Assembly: GCA_951406725.2 (NCBI GenBank)
Contig: OX597825.1
Coordinates: 69,254,001 to 69,318,000, forward strand
Length of the DNA: 64,000 bases
Source: Octopus vulgaris
Lineage: Eukaryota
Reading direction: 5' to 3'
Shown one piece after another: positions 40,401 through 53,944 of this stretch (positions are counted from its first letter, which is position 1; every line of letters starts with the position of its first letter). The position numbers were made by a program, and so were the translations under genes. Under the pieces are notes generated by a model, which saw only the letters and a list, made by a program, of their open reading frames with translations, was not told the origin of the DNA and ran no database searches.

Positions 40401-41263
40401 AGAAAATGTTTGACAGGAGAGGTAGAAAGAAAGGGAGATAATAAAGTACTGGCGATCTCAAAACAAAAGTGGGCCAGCGTGTGTGTGTGTGTATATGAGA
40501 ATGTGTAAGTGTGACTGTGTATGGATAGGGGCTAGTAAATTTGGCATGTCGGTATGTGCATTTGCGCAATGTCTGTCTATGCTTCACAGAATAACCCAAG
40601 AGAGTTGAACAAACGAAATATAAGCCTACACAGAAGATTAAATAGACATATAAAACACATTAGTATAGAATGAATGGTTTTACATTCGTATTCGTCTGTA
40701 TTTCTAACAACTTTATACTTTCTCTTTTACTTGTTAATCTTTCTTAACCCTGTCTACACCCTTGTCTATCCCTCACGTATTTTATTTAGATTAATCATCC
40801 TTTCATCTTTTATACTCTGAACTTTGCTCAGTCTGTTATCAACACAGTTAACTTTTACTCTGATTTTATCAAAATATTTTTCATTTTAACCTTTGCTGAC
40901 TCTTTTATCTATTTATCTTAATGTTTTACTACTTCTGTTTATAATGTCTACCAAGTTGTTTACTTATGTCGGAGGTATTATTCATTTAAATTTATTCTCT
41001 GGAGTTTATCAAAAATCCAGGTATTGAAAATCCGCGATGTTTCCAAACAGCTCGACTTTTCTGCTGCAACGGTGGGTGGTATCAGCAATATATTCGGATT
41101 TATTAAAATGCCATAAAGAATTTTATGAAAAAATCATAATCTTAACGATTAAGTTTGGTTAAAAATGGCAGCGCAGTCAGGCAGTATTTTAAAATTTATG
41201 AAAATCAATTTAAAATACAATCATCTCGTTAATGAGTCACATGGGAGTATGGCAGAAAATTTA

Positions 41264-41298
41264 GACATGCTTTGGTCTTGATAGACCTCATCAGCGTA
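41264..41298 (-). ncRNA. Degenerate hammerhead motif
   Basis: CUGAUGA-GGUCU-AUCA-AGACC-AAAG-CAU-GUC. Stem II is intact, GAAA is mutated and there is no clear stem I. Confidence 0.35.
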
Positions 41299-42509
41299 AC
41301 TGTTTAAATCTTACTCTAGTACTTACGATAGATGTGAGAGAGTATTGATTTGTTGTGAATGAAAACTTAAGCGTATTTTACGGAAAATGACATGAGAAAA
41401 ATACATAGAGATCGCATCTGCACCTAAACTCTATCTTTATTTTAAACTGTATGAATTTTCAGTGAGTAAGTCTAACTCATCAGATGCATATGTCACATGA
41501 GTGAAGTATGGTCAAGGCTAGTGCAATACAATTAAATAAAAGTTGAGAATTGGATTTATTCTTCCTACTTCAACTGAGCAGAAATGATTTCTGCAATGCC
41601 TGCGCTAACTAATGAAGCTAATTATAATATATTAGAGGGAATGAGCTGTTAAGATTCAAGTACTTGATCTAAGTATTCAGAAGACATGACATTATCTAGA
41701 AATATCATTGCTTTACCAAGTACACTATCGACTCAGTCCTCACAGCAACATGCATACTGCATACGCGAATAGGCACACACAGAAGCAGACATATATATAT
41801 ATGAGTATGTGTGCGTGCATGGTGTGTGTGTGCGTGTGTGTGTACTGACATACGACCACATTTGTGTGCGTAGAAGTTTACTACACTTTTCATTTGTGTA
41901 AACATGTCTTATATAGGTGTATACGTTGTTATAATTTCACAACAAATAGGTCCAGCTACAAAAGCACGCAGACTTTAACATTCAAACATATACATACTCA
42001 CATAAAAATTCGCACACACACACACACAGACCTCTTTCTATTTCTGTATATATCTATCGCTTTATCTCTATGCATAGAAGTATACACACAAATAACTCAC
42101 CTTCCACTAACGCACTTAAATCCTGAAAAGAAAAGAATGGATTGAGATTGTTTATACGGGAATTGATATTTAAATATGTTACAAGCAGTCTGCGGTATGT
42201 TTTCTTTTCTAAATATATTCTGTTTAGCACTCAAACATGGACTTAATAAGAAAGAATAAGATTACACTACATAAACTGTTTTGTACACGGAATTCTTAAC
42301 ACTGTACATTAGGTTTAGATTTCAGTTACACCCTGCGAATGCGTTCATATACAAACAAACATACATACATACATACATACATACATACATACATACATAC
42401 ATACACACATATAGGTATGCACTCATGCAAGCATGCATGTATTATATATATATCCTTTCTCTTTCTATCACATAACTATCACATAACTTGACTTTGTAAA
42501 TGAACAATC

Positions 42510-42627
42510 TGGTGTGTTTATTTCAATAGCCTACCAATGTATACAGTGAGCTTTTTGCGCAAGATGTCGGGAAGACACTCAGCAAGAAATGAAAACAAAA
42601 CTGACGGAAGAAAATAACAACAACAAC

Positions 42628-42692
<65 letters not shown>

Positions 42693-42959
42693 TAATAATA
42701 ATAATAATGATAATAATAATTTTTTGAACCTGTTGAAGACACACAAGATGTTGAAATATCGTTCACTAGATTAGAATAATACTCGTCTTTTAATTTTGAC
42801 TCTATATCTTCTGGAGGAGTTACCTCAAGCCTTTATATATTAACCAAAATAAAGTAGATTGACAACATTATTTTTTGAACCTGTTGAAAATACACAAGAT
42901 GTCGAAATATCGTTCACTAGATAACACTATCACTCCTCTTTTAATTTTGATTAATAATG

Positions 42960-43033
<74 letters not shown>

Positions 43034-43340
43034 TATTATTATTATTATTATAAAGTGATGTCAGAAATATTTAGACAACATCCCAGCAGAACCATATCTC
43101 AAGGAAATCCAAAAGATTGTGTTGACAAGTGCTGTCCACATCCTCAGGAAAAAACCCTATCACTTTAAATATTTGTGTTGCCTTTTAGCGAGGTGTTTTT
43201 CCACTACCTTTGCCATTACCTCTCTCCAAGCTTTCAGTTATATTTCAATATCTCGTAACCTTCACTTGCCCGAGGGCTTTGGGTGTGTCACGGAAAATGA
43301 TTGAATAAAGCATGCAAGTTAAAAGTAAATAACACTGATG

Positions 43341-43421
<81 letters not shown>

Positions 43422-43610
43422 GAGCATTGTCGATGTGAGAACTGTTGCTGCTCATGTATTTTAATTTAACTTTAAAAAAAAAAAAATGTACGAACTACTG
43501 AGTTTGGTTTAATGGCTTACCAATGTATACTATGAGTTTCTTTGCCCTAGGAGTCGGGAAGACACTCGGCAAGAAATGGAAGCAAATTTGAAAGAAGAAA
43601 AAAAAAGTAA
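42510..43610 (+). mobile_element. Cluster of R4/Dong-like non-LTR element 3' ends in (AAT)n
   Basis: From 43059, CQKYLDNIPAEPYLKEIQKIVLTSAVHILRK matches the QKxxLxxTxHILRK C-terminus of RLE-type elements. Related UTR ends at ~42510-42615 and ~43500-43605 each run into (AAT)n. Confidence 0.65.
42720..42950 (+). repeat. ~80-bp direct duplication, period ~151 bp
   Basis: TTTTTGAACCTGTTGAA.A.ACACAAGATGT.GAAATATCGTTCACTAGAT at 42721 and ~42872. Confidence 0.85.
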
Positions 43611-44389
43611 TAATAATAATAATAATAATAATAATAGTAATAATAATAATGTATTCACCAGCAACAATTAACTTACAAACTTTTTCAATGTTCCGCTAAA
43701 TTACAATGCTTATATTAGTGAAAGCAGCGTTTTATTCCGGCAGACATAATGGACAATGTACAAGCAACGTGCAACAATAAAATCGAAGTAAAATCTTGCT
43801 GCATAGATTACATAAAACCATTGTAAAAACAAATCATTCTAACAATACCAAACAATCTTGAATATTGCTAGGAATACCATTATGTAACTTTAATGGAATT
43901 ACATAAGAAATCACATGCCATACTGGCAACGGAAACTGCCTTTTTTCAAACATTTGTGAACCAAGAAAATAATGAAAATAACATAGCTTCCGCTTGCTAA
44001 AAGGAATTCTAACAACATTCTAACAACAGACGGTTAATTGATATCTATGAGTTTTACATGTACATTAGGCAATCCTATAGAATATCGAGCATACCTCGAA
44101 TCCATTATGGAGCCTGTAAGTGGTTTACCGACCTGCTAGAAATAGTCATCAATTCCTCCTTTAATTTGAACTTGATCTCAAAGGTCGCAAAAGAACAGCA
44201 ACGAGACAGAAGATAAGAGGTCAGTGTGATTATTAGCAAAGAGAACCGAAATTAGAGCTAACAAGGAATATTGCAAGTCGCTAAATATAGCAGGAGGAAA
44301 ACCCAGTTTGAAATGGATCCATAATGCAGCTTCTTGCGGTGGTCTTCATGGTCGAGCGATATACTCCACAGTTCAGGGAAACAAGATCA

Positions 44390-44585
44390 AATTTGGTGTA
44401 AGGCCCAAAATTTTAGGGTAGACGAAAATCGGTTAGATCGACCACAGTCATCAAGTGATATGTCATCGACCCAGAAATGATGAAAACAAGGTTAACCTCA
44501 GTGGCAATTGAACTCATGATGTAAAAGCAGACCAAATGCCGCTAAGCCTTTTGTCTGGTTCGGTAACGATTCCACCAGCTCGCTG
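44390..44585 (-). mobile_element. SINE family D, degenerate
   Basis: Homologous to 63796-64000. Confidence 0.6.
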
Positions 44586-45125
44586 TATCCAGAGATCTTA
44601 TATGTTGTGTTGCTGCACCTACCTTCTCGTCCCTTGAACCAAAAAGGTTTCTTCCGCAGTCTTCACGTGCGTAGATATGCCATCACTAACTCACCAAGTG
44701 TTACATACCCGTGGGTCCTCACCTGGTTTAGCCCTCGTGTCGAAGACTTTAACCGGGAGTGACTACCGCTGCATGCGAACAGCTACTTGGAGCCACTTGG
44801 AGATCAAAGCAGACAAATCAAATCTAAAAATTGACGTGTTCCCGCATCAAAGTCAATACCCCTCCCTGAAACTTCATCAACACTGACAAATATATAACGT
44901 TAATGAATCGCATGTGATCAAGGAGAAATAAGGAAAAACTTTAACATTTAATGAACACAAAATACAATTATACTTTGAGTTAGATTATGCTTTTTGCGCA
45001 ACACTAACAATAAATATATTCATCTAATTTTTATATATGCAAAATATATTAGTAGTCACTCAACTGCTGTCGTTTGTGCGGATTGCGTCCCTAGGTATTA
45101 ACATCGACCTCATCTGTATTATTTA

Positions 45126-45516
45126 CTAGCAGTATCAACCGGCATTGCTCGGGTTTGTTTCGACGCTTTAGAATTGGAATTTTTGAAACGTAAAAATTTT
45201 GCATTATGTAGCTTGTTATTCTCTTCAAGTGAACATTTTTCTGGCTGAAATACACCGAAAAAGAGCGAAACAGCAGTCAATAAAATCGTAAAAAATAAGG
45301 ATTTTCATAGAAAAAAAGCACCTTTTTGATGTAAATAATTTTTGGTGTTAACGTGGTCCGATTTGATTTTTCTTCTACGGAAGGAAGAGCAAACCTTCTT
45401 TTATCATACTCTCAATTTTGGTCAACTTGCGCCGCAGGGTCTCACAGGAGATAGTGTTAGTTGAAGGCTACTAAACATGCCATACACAGACAACTTCAGC
45501 TTTGTATATATAGAGA
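45126..45516 (-). mobile_element. Non-autonomous Helitron
   Basis: 5' TC, 3' CTAG, subterminal hairpin CCCGAGCAATGCCGG and an A|T insertion site. Confidence 0.78.
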
Positions 45517-46075
45517 TTTACTAAAGTTTTATGACTTACAAGAAGTTCCATGAATGTTAAATTTGCAGAAAAATCAATTCGTGCGCGACTCTGGTTTTGA
45601 AGGAAAAAAAATGAAAGATGAAAGAAAGGAAAGAATAGAGTAATCAGTGAAAATCTGTGACAGGACATCGAGTTAAGTAATCGGTTAGAACAGCAAATAT
45701 TACATAATAATAAAAACATACGAAAAACTAACGGAGATGAAAATGAAGCATTACTAAATGATGAATTAAGTATTGAGAGAAATAAAACATATATTCATAT
45801 AGATTCTAATATAGATGGCGCCAGTGTTTTTGACAGAGGAAAATTCGTGTATTAGTAGAAGTAAAATGTTAATCAGTTTTTTTCAGGAATGTAATAATGA
45901 AGTCAACGAAATAAATATGAATATTTAAAAAGCAATATAAAAAGAAATATTGAAGGGGAATTGATTCAATGGATTTCAATGGAATCAGTGACGAGTAACC
46001 GAATGCATTCAACATGTTCTTACTTGTGCATCTATGTATGTATATATGAGTGAATGCATGTACGTTTGTATGTGC

Positions 46076-46191
<116 letters not shown>

Positions 46192-46225
46192 AATATATAT
46201 ATATATATTCAGATATTTAAGCAAA

Positions 46226-46298
<73 letters not shown>

Positions 46299-46552
46299 TA
46301 TAGAGTATATATATATGGATGTGTATACATAGATGTGTGGGTGAGAGAGAGAATACATGGGATTATCCCATTTATGTATCCAAATGCATTGATTTAGCTT
46401 GAATGTCGGTTATTTCGAAGTAATTTCTGATGCTGACCATTTCTTCTTTTTTTTCTCTCCATATTTCTATATGTTGGCATACACATGTATATAAACGGGC
46501 AGAACCATACACATACATTGTTTACTTACTTACTCACAAACACACACACACG

Positions 46553-46631
<79 letters not shown>

Positions 46632-46635
46632 TAAG

Positions 46636-46794
46636 AGAATAAGATTTTAAAAATCCATGGCTATGAAATAGTTTTCAGAACATTTATAAAGAGAAGGTCT
46701 TACAGCTTTTTCCGGGATATTTTTTTATATTCCTTCATCTCTTTATAAATGATTTGAAAACTAATCACATCCTTGTATTTTTTTGTCTCATTCT
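46636..46794. mobile_element. Fold-back pLTR-like fragment with a truncated HHR in the spacer
   Basis: Arms ~46636-46694 and ~46739-46794. The minus-strand spacer reads GAUGA-AGGAAUAU..AUAUCCC-GGAAAA-AGCU-GUA. Confidence 0.55.
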
Positions 46795-46955
46795 GTTAAT
46801 TTTTATATAGATGCATGCTAATACACGACCTACGTTAGATTCCTCATTGCATAATCACCGAACCTGGAGCTTAACTATAGTCTGTCCATAGCACTTACTC
46901 AGCATTAACTGATACTTTTGGATCTTCTTGATACCATTACCTCTTATACCCTCGA

Positions 46956-47045
<90 letters not shown>

Positions 47046-47081
47046 CCTACCTATCTGTCTACCAATCTATCCATCTATCTA

Positions 47082-47157
<76 letters not shown>

Positions 47158-47641
47158 CCTATCTATACATACAAACATACATACATACATACATACATAC
47201 ATACATACATACATACATAAAAGGGATAGAAGTGGTGCTCGAGTATTACAATTGATTTACATCGGATGTATCTGAGTTAATATTACAAATGTTGCTTAAA
47301 CCAGGCGAACTGGTAGAATTGTTAGCACACTAGCTAAAATGCTTCAGGGAATTTCGCCCGACTTCACATTCTGAGTTCAAAATCCTTTCGGGGACGTTGG
47401 CGAGAAAAGGAGTACAAGTGAAACACTGATGCTGATGTAAATTTCCTTACGGCTTCACTAGAAATTTGAGACAAATATTACAAATGCTGGGAAAATGGCC
47501 ATGTGTGCTTTATACAATCTAGCGGAAAAAAGTCTTCTGCAGAGGAAAATGCAAAAATCTGTCTAACAGGCAAGATATCCAAAAGAAAGTAACGGAGATT
47601 GGAATTAGTGAAGAACCACATCACGCTTTACGCACCGATTA

Positions 47642-48075
47642 CCTTACTGTGATATAGATAGGGATGGGGGTTTCATTTTGTTATGGACATACTCAAATTT
47701 TTGGAGTGTCAATTGTAGATAATAACCTCGTGAATATATAAATGGCACCAATGATGGAAAGCTAGCGTAGGAAAAGAAGGAATCTATATTACTTAGAATA
47801 GATAACAATGAGGAAACTCAGAAGGGGAAACCAGGGAATTGGAAAGAAAGGGAAAGGAAAAGAAAAGGAAAGCTGACGATTTTAGGTTATTTGTATATAT
47901 TCACATGGGCATTCTTATTTACACACAACAGGGGAAACTATGCAGTCTTACACACACTGAACATATCACTATATAATCACATATAGATTGACGGAGATTA
48001 TAAGTTATTATATACTAAAGGAATTTGGGTATGCTAATAACGAAATGAAACCAAATCCTTATCTATGTTGCTAAG
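47642..48075. repeat. Diverged inverted repeat (~60-bp arms)
   Basis: ATAGATAGGGAT..GGTTTCATTTTGTTATGGACATACTCAAATT is mirrored by AATTTGGGTATGCTAATAACGAAATGAAACC..ATCCTTATCTAT. Confidence 0.6.
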
Positions 48076-48545
48076 GCAACTTATCAATAAAAACGCCATT
48101 CGTTTTCATTATATGTACCTGGGTATTTTGGAAACATTCGTAATCTTACGTAAGATATATTCGATATGCTTTTAGAACAATTGAAGTACTCGAGAATCAC
48201 TTCCATTCTTTTTATTTACAGATTTAATTATCGCATTATAAGTAATGGTTGTTTCTTTCGAAATGGAGATGTATAGCACCTGTCAACTTATCGGAATGTT
48301 CTGGCGAATGTCGATACAAGACAAAATGCATTTAATGCATTGATTCATAAATTTTATTGATTAATTATCCAGTAATGTCATGTCAGTTTTCTGTAGAAGC
48401 CGTGTTTATGCCAGAGTCTTAACACAATCACTCAAATGATCATACTAGATTATAGATTATATACATAGACTTAAACATACAACATGCACACACACATACG
48501 CACGCACAAAATATGAATATAAATATATATGTATGTATCTCTATA

Positions 48546-48614
<69 letters not shown>

Positions 48615-48980
48615 TGAGATAGGGGTTGTGAGTGCAACCCAACATGGGATAACATATATCCAATATACTGCCAGTAAAGCACCCAACAAAGTTAATACAT
48701 AAATGTTAAGAATTGCGATTCAATTAATTCATTTATTGTATTATATGTATGTGTATATTATATATTCTGGTTGTTTACGGTATAATCGGTGTAATTTTTA
48801 ATTATGTATCTTATGCAAATAACGTACTTCTTCTTTACACTAGTTATGGTAAATCTGTGTGTTGAGTTTATATCCCTCTTATAAATTTTATCTGAATATT
48901 TTCCAACTTTTGCCTTTTATTAACCCTTACGTTTTTCTACCCTTTTATATGTATATGGGGTAAGATTCTATTTGCGAACG

Positions 48981-49612
48981 TAAATTAGCAGACCTGGTTA
49001 CGACGATGTTATTACCATTTTTAGCCTCAAGAAAAGATCATTTCCAGCTGGCTAGCGACGTACATCATCCTTATACGTCGAACAATGAAGCTAATATCTC
49101 CACTTAGTCTTAACGGTACATGCGAACAATGGTCTCTGGATTTTTTTCTTCATCGTCACATGATAACCGTTGGCTCGAGTTGGCACCACTAGGTCTTGTT
49201 CGTGGTATATACTTTCAAAGTAACACAGATTCGCTGATTTCATAAAGAAGAAAACATTTAGTTTTAAATATTTGAGCGAGACATAAGTTGTAACAGTATT
49301 ACAGAATAAAATTTATTTGTCAGCATAAATTGGCAGACTTGGTTAGGATGATGTTACTACCATTTTTAGCCAAGAAAAACATTTTTTTAGCTGGCTACGT
49401 TCGCAAAACTGTGTCCTTATACCTCAAACACGGGACAAACGTCCCTATTCAGCCTTAAACAGTGCCTGCGGACAATTGTTTCTGGGTTTCATCAGCATAG
49501 GATAACCGTTGGCCCAAATGGGAGCACTACCTCTTGTTAGAAGTATATATACTTTTCATGTGACTCACAACCACTGATCTCGTAAAGAGGAAGATATTTA
49601 GTATTATATATC
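48981..49612 (-). mobile_element. Two diverged ~345-bp tandem units with minimal HHR motifs (retrozyme-like or tandem pLTR)
   Basis: Units start at 48981 and 49326. Minus strand 49499-49467 reads UAUG-CUGAUGA-AACCCA-GAAAC-AAUU-GUC-CGCA. A degenerate counterpart lies at ~49160-49121. Confidence 0.65.
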
Positions 49613-49772
49613 TCTGCTGGAAAATATGTTTTGCTGGGTTAAAAAAGGTAATGGTAACGTGGCCACGCCCGGCGCGCTAACGTTTTGCTAGCTCGCCGCC
49701 TTACTACCAGCTTGTGTATGTGTGTGATCGTGTGCATCTGAAACAAGTAAAATAATAATAATAATAATAATG

Positions 49773-49883
<111 letters not shown>

Positions 49884-49888
49884 TATAC

Positions 49889-49960
<72 letters not shown>

Positions 49961-49962
<2 letters not shown>

Positions 49963-51770
49963 TTTGATACTTTGATAGGTTTCGGCCATTATTGGCCCAG
50001 GCCATGTCTAACTTAATAGCACCACCTGGTGAAGTCTTTCAAGTCAGAATTTGGGCATATGGCCCACTCAAGTAGAGAGTTATTGTTTACAGAGACATAT
50101 CCGGGTGTAGGGGGTTTATCCGGGATTTCTTGAAGGAATCTGTCCAAAGACTTCTTGAACCCTATAGGGTCAGTTTCTGTTTTAATGTGTTTTGGTGTAA
50201 TGTTAAAGAGAGCGGGGCCAATTGAGGTGAAATAATTGTGCCGTATTGTTGTTATGAGATGAGAGTGCGATTTTTGTTTTGGGCGGATGGCACGGGGCCC
50301 AAGCCTTGGATGTACCTTAAAGGTGATGCCAACATCATTTGGGCAATGCTGATGGAATATTTTCCACATCATGCAGATGATGTAGCGCTCACGACGACGT
50401 TGGAGAGAATAGAGTTTTAGCTTTTCTAGTCGACCCCAATAGTCGAGGCCTGTCATGCCATCTATCTTTTTTGTGATTGCCCTTTGAGGTGCTTCGACTT
50501 TTTTGATACCTTGTATTGTGTGGGGAGACCACAGTGGACAACAGTATTCAAGGTGGGGTCGGGCAAAAGTGGAGAAGAGAAGGATAATGGTGTGGATATC
50601 TCTCGACTGGAAAGTTCTGAGAATCCAGGAACACATTCTGCGGGCCATGTCAACTTTGGTGTTTATATGAGTGGCCCAGCTTACGTTGTTGTCCACAATT
50701 ACTCCCAAGTCTCTGATGTTGTTGGACGCCGCGAGAGTTTCACCTGAAGGAAGGGAGTATGGGAGTTTCAGGGCATCCTCTTTTCCAAAGTGGATTAGCT
50801 CAAATTTATCCTCGTTCAGCAGCATATTGTTTTTTTCTGCCCATTGGATAACAGCCAGTAGATCTGACTGAAGGCATGTCCGGTCACTCGCCTCATTTAT
50901 GACCTTCTGTATCTTGGAGTCATCTGCAAAGATTTTTATGTTGCTGTGCTTGATGATGTCATTAATGTCATTAATGTAAATGATGAAAAGAAGTGGGCCC
51001 AGCACAGTGCCTTGCGGAACGCCACTACTGACTTTGGCTGGGCTTGATTTTACCCCTTCAACTACAACATGTTGAGATCTGTCTGTCAGGAAACACTTAA
51101 TCCATTTCAGTAACTTTCCAGAGACACCAATGTTGGATAGTTTTTTCAATAGGATCTTGTGATCGACCCTGTCGAAGGCCTTACTGAAATCAAGGTAGAT
51201 GACATCGGTGTTGGAGCCCTCTCCCAAAGCTCTCAAAATGTCCTCAAAGTGATGCAGGAGCTGCGTTAGGCAGTCCCTTCCATTACGGAACCCATGTTGG
51301 TTGGAGATCAGCCGTCTGTTGCTTTCCAGAAATTGGGTTATTTGAGATCTCACCACCCTCTCAAATACCTTGATGATATGAGAGGTGAGTGAGATCGGAC
51401 GGTAATTCACTGCAAGGGACTTGTTTCCCTTTTGAAAACTGGGACAACAGACTGGGACAGAAGGTTTTTTTGAATATAGCCAGCATCCAGTGAGTTTCTC
51501 CACAGATTAGCAAGGGGAGATGCAAGTTGGTGTCGACACACCTTCAGGACACAAGCAGGGAACCTATCGGGGCCTACTGCTGAATTGTGTTTTATTTCGT
51601 TTATCGCCGCTAAGACATCAGGGGCACTAAACGTTATGTCCGATATAGTGTGTTGGGGGTTGACATCACTGATACAGCCCAGATCGGCCATATCAGGATT
51701 GCTGAAAACAGAGCAGTATTGTTTCTGCAGTATCTCGGCCATGGATTTGGCATTATCTTGGAGAGTGCCA

Positions 51771-51772
<2 letters not shown>
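49961..51772 (-). mobile_element. CR1-group LINE, 5'-truncated, inserted in (TA)n
   Basis: RT ORF, short 3' UTR with a stem-loop and (TATCAAAG)2 end, and (TA)n on both sides. Confidence 0.93.
50013..51772 (-). CDS. LINE ORF2 reverse transcriptase (partial; one frameshift near 51430; endonuclease missing)
   Basis: Motifs NYRPISLTS, QHGFR, YLDFSKAFD, GVPQGTVLGPLLF, FADD, DLGV and RPHLEYC. The upstream ORF 51407-51742 (AVGPD..VVPVFK) joins as VVPVFKKGNKS if one A is restored. Confidence 0.92.
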
Positions 51773-51829
<57 letters not shown>

Positions 51830-51987
51830 GTAGTTTTGATTGTGAAAAATTGTTTGTTTACGTGTGTGGATAAGGTCGTTTTAAATCTGCATTAGGCATA
51901 AATTTAAACACAAATATACATGTGTATACAATTAAATACATATACATGTACACATACATATATATATATAGTGGTTATGTATATGCT

Positions 51988-52410
51988 TTTACTCTTCCAT
52001 TTGTTTCAGTCATATGAATGCGGCCGTACTGGAGCACCGCCTTTAGTCGAACAAATCGACACCAGGACTTATTCTTTGCAAGCCTAGTACTTATTCTATC
52101 GGTGTCTTTTGCCGAACCGCTAAGTTACGGACGTACACACACCAACATCAGTTGTCAAGCGAGGGCGGGTGGAGAAACACAAACACACAAACAGACACAC
52201 ACACAGACACACAAACACACACACACAAACACAGACACCACACACACACATTTACGACGGGCTTCTTTCAGTTCTGTCAACGAAATCTACTCACAATGCT
52301 TTGGTCAGCCTCAGTCTATAGTGGAAGACACTTGCCCAAGGTGCCACGCACTATTACTGAACCCGGAACCATGTCTTTGGTAAGCAAGCTACTTGCTACG
52401 CAGCCGCGCC
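51988..52410 (-). mobile_element. SINE family A, full length, diverged
   Basis: Homologous to 21623-22031. Confidence 0.88.
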
Positions 52411-52878
52411 TGTATATATAAATATTATATTATTATATGTGCATCTATATATGTGTATATATAGAGGTGCATTAATAAGTATATGCGTACATATATACTT
52501 ATTTGTGTACACATACACACAGAAAGACAAACACACACGCACACACATATATATATATAACATACGTGGCTGGTATGCAATATATTCGTCAACAAAGTGG
52601 AATGTTACAAAAAGTATAGCGTCCGTATGACATTTCATTATCATTGCTTCATTCAAACACCGGATCCTATAATAAGGATTAAAATTAGGTTTCTTCTAAG
52701 CAAATCCCTGAGTCTAATTTATCAATTAGTGTGTAGCAGTCAGATTGGCACTTTCGTGAAATCGAATTTCCGTTTTATAATGCGTTCTATTCTCCAATAG
52801 CGTTAACAAGAAAGAAAGACTGCGATAGATCTATTGCATAGCAAGTGTAAATTATATTCCATATGGAATACGCATGCA

Positions 52879-53065
<187 letters not shown>

Positions 53066-53487
53066 ATATCTAAGTATATACACATATATATGCATATATG
53101 TATGTATGTGTTTATGGATAAATAGATAGATGTGTCTATGCATGTTTATATGAATATACACACACAATTTTGGTTATATTTATTTGATGTAATATATATG
53201 AAACAGCCTATTTCCGCAAATAGATTCTTTCTTGTATTTCAACTAATGTGAATTTCTCTAGTGGGTATGTGTATTATGCGTGTTTGTATACATACATGCA
53301 TACATACATATATATATATATATGTATATATACATTTGTATATATATATATATATATATATATAGATAGATATACATACAAATATATCTATATATCATAT
53401 ATCTGTAAATGTAATATGTGACAATTATTCGGTAGCCATAATAACATTCCGAGTTTAGGATGTCGGGGCGGAAATACTTACATACAT

Positions 53488-53519
<32 letters not shown>

Positions 53520-53689
53520 GTATGTATATATGTATATTATATATATAATATGCACACTATGTATACATATATATATATATATAATATGCATATATAAATA
53601 TATTCGTATGTATGTATGTATATATATATATATATATATATACATATATGTACATGAGGATGTATGTTTGTATTTGTGAAAGTACATGT

Positions 53690-53746
<57 letters not shown>

Positions 53747-53944
53747 TGTATAACGATGTGTGGAAAATGGAAATTAAATATTATGGCAGTTACATGCACA
53801 CACACATACGCGCAAACACACGGACACACACACACACTCACTCACACGCACACACATACATACCAAAGAAATCTTGACCCATTTCTATGTCTAATTTCTA
53901 CTGCTTCATCATTTGAGAATGAGCTCAAAATTCATAGGATGACT

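Noticed and set aside
41455-41490. Minus-strand CTGATGAG..GAAA
   Set aside because: Stem II does not close next to GAAA, and no stem I or III is evident.
49975-50005. LINE 3' hairpin followed by GAAAC as half a hammerhead
   Set aside because: There is no CUGANGA upstream. It is better explained as an RT-recognition stem-loop.
50013-51503. RT as a retron, DGR or telomerase-type enzyme
   Set aside because: The motifs, C-terminus and 3' tail are those of an ordinary non-LTR retrotransposon.
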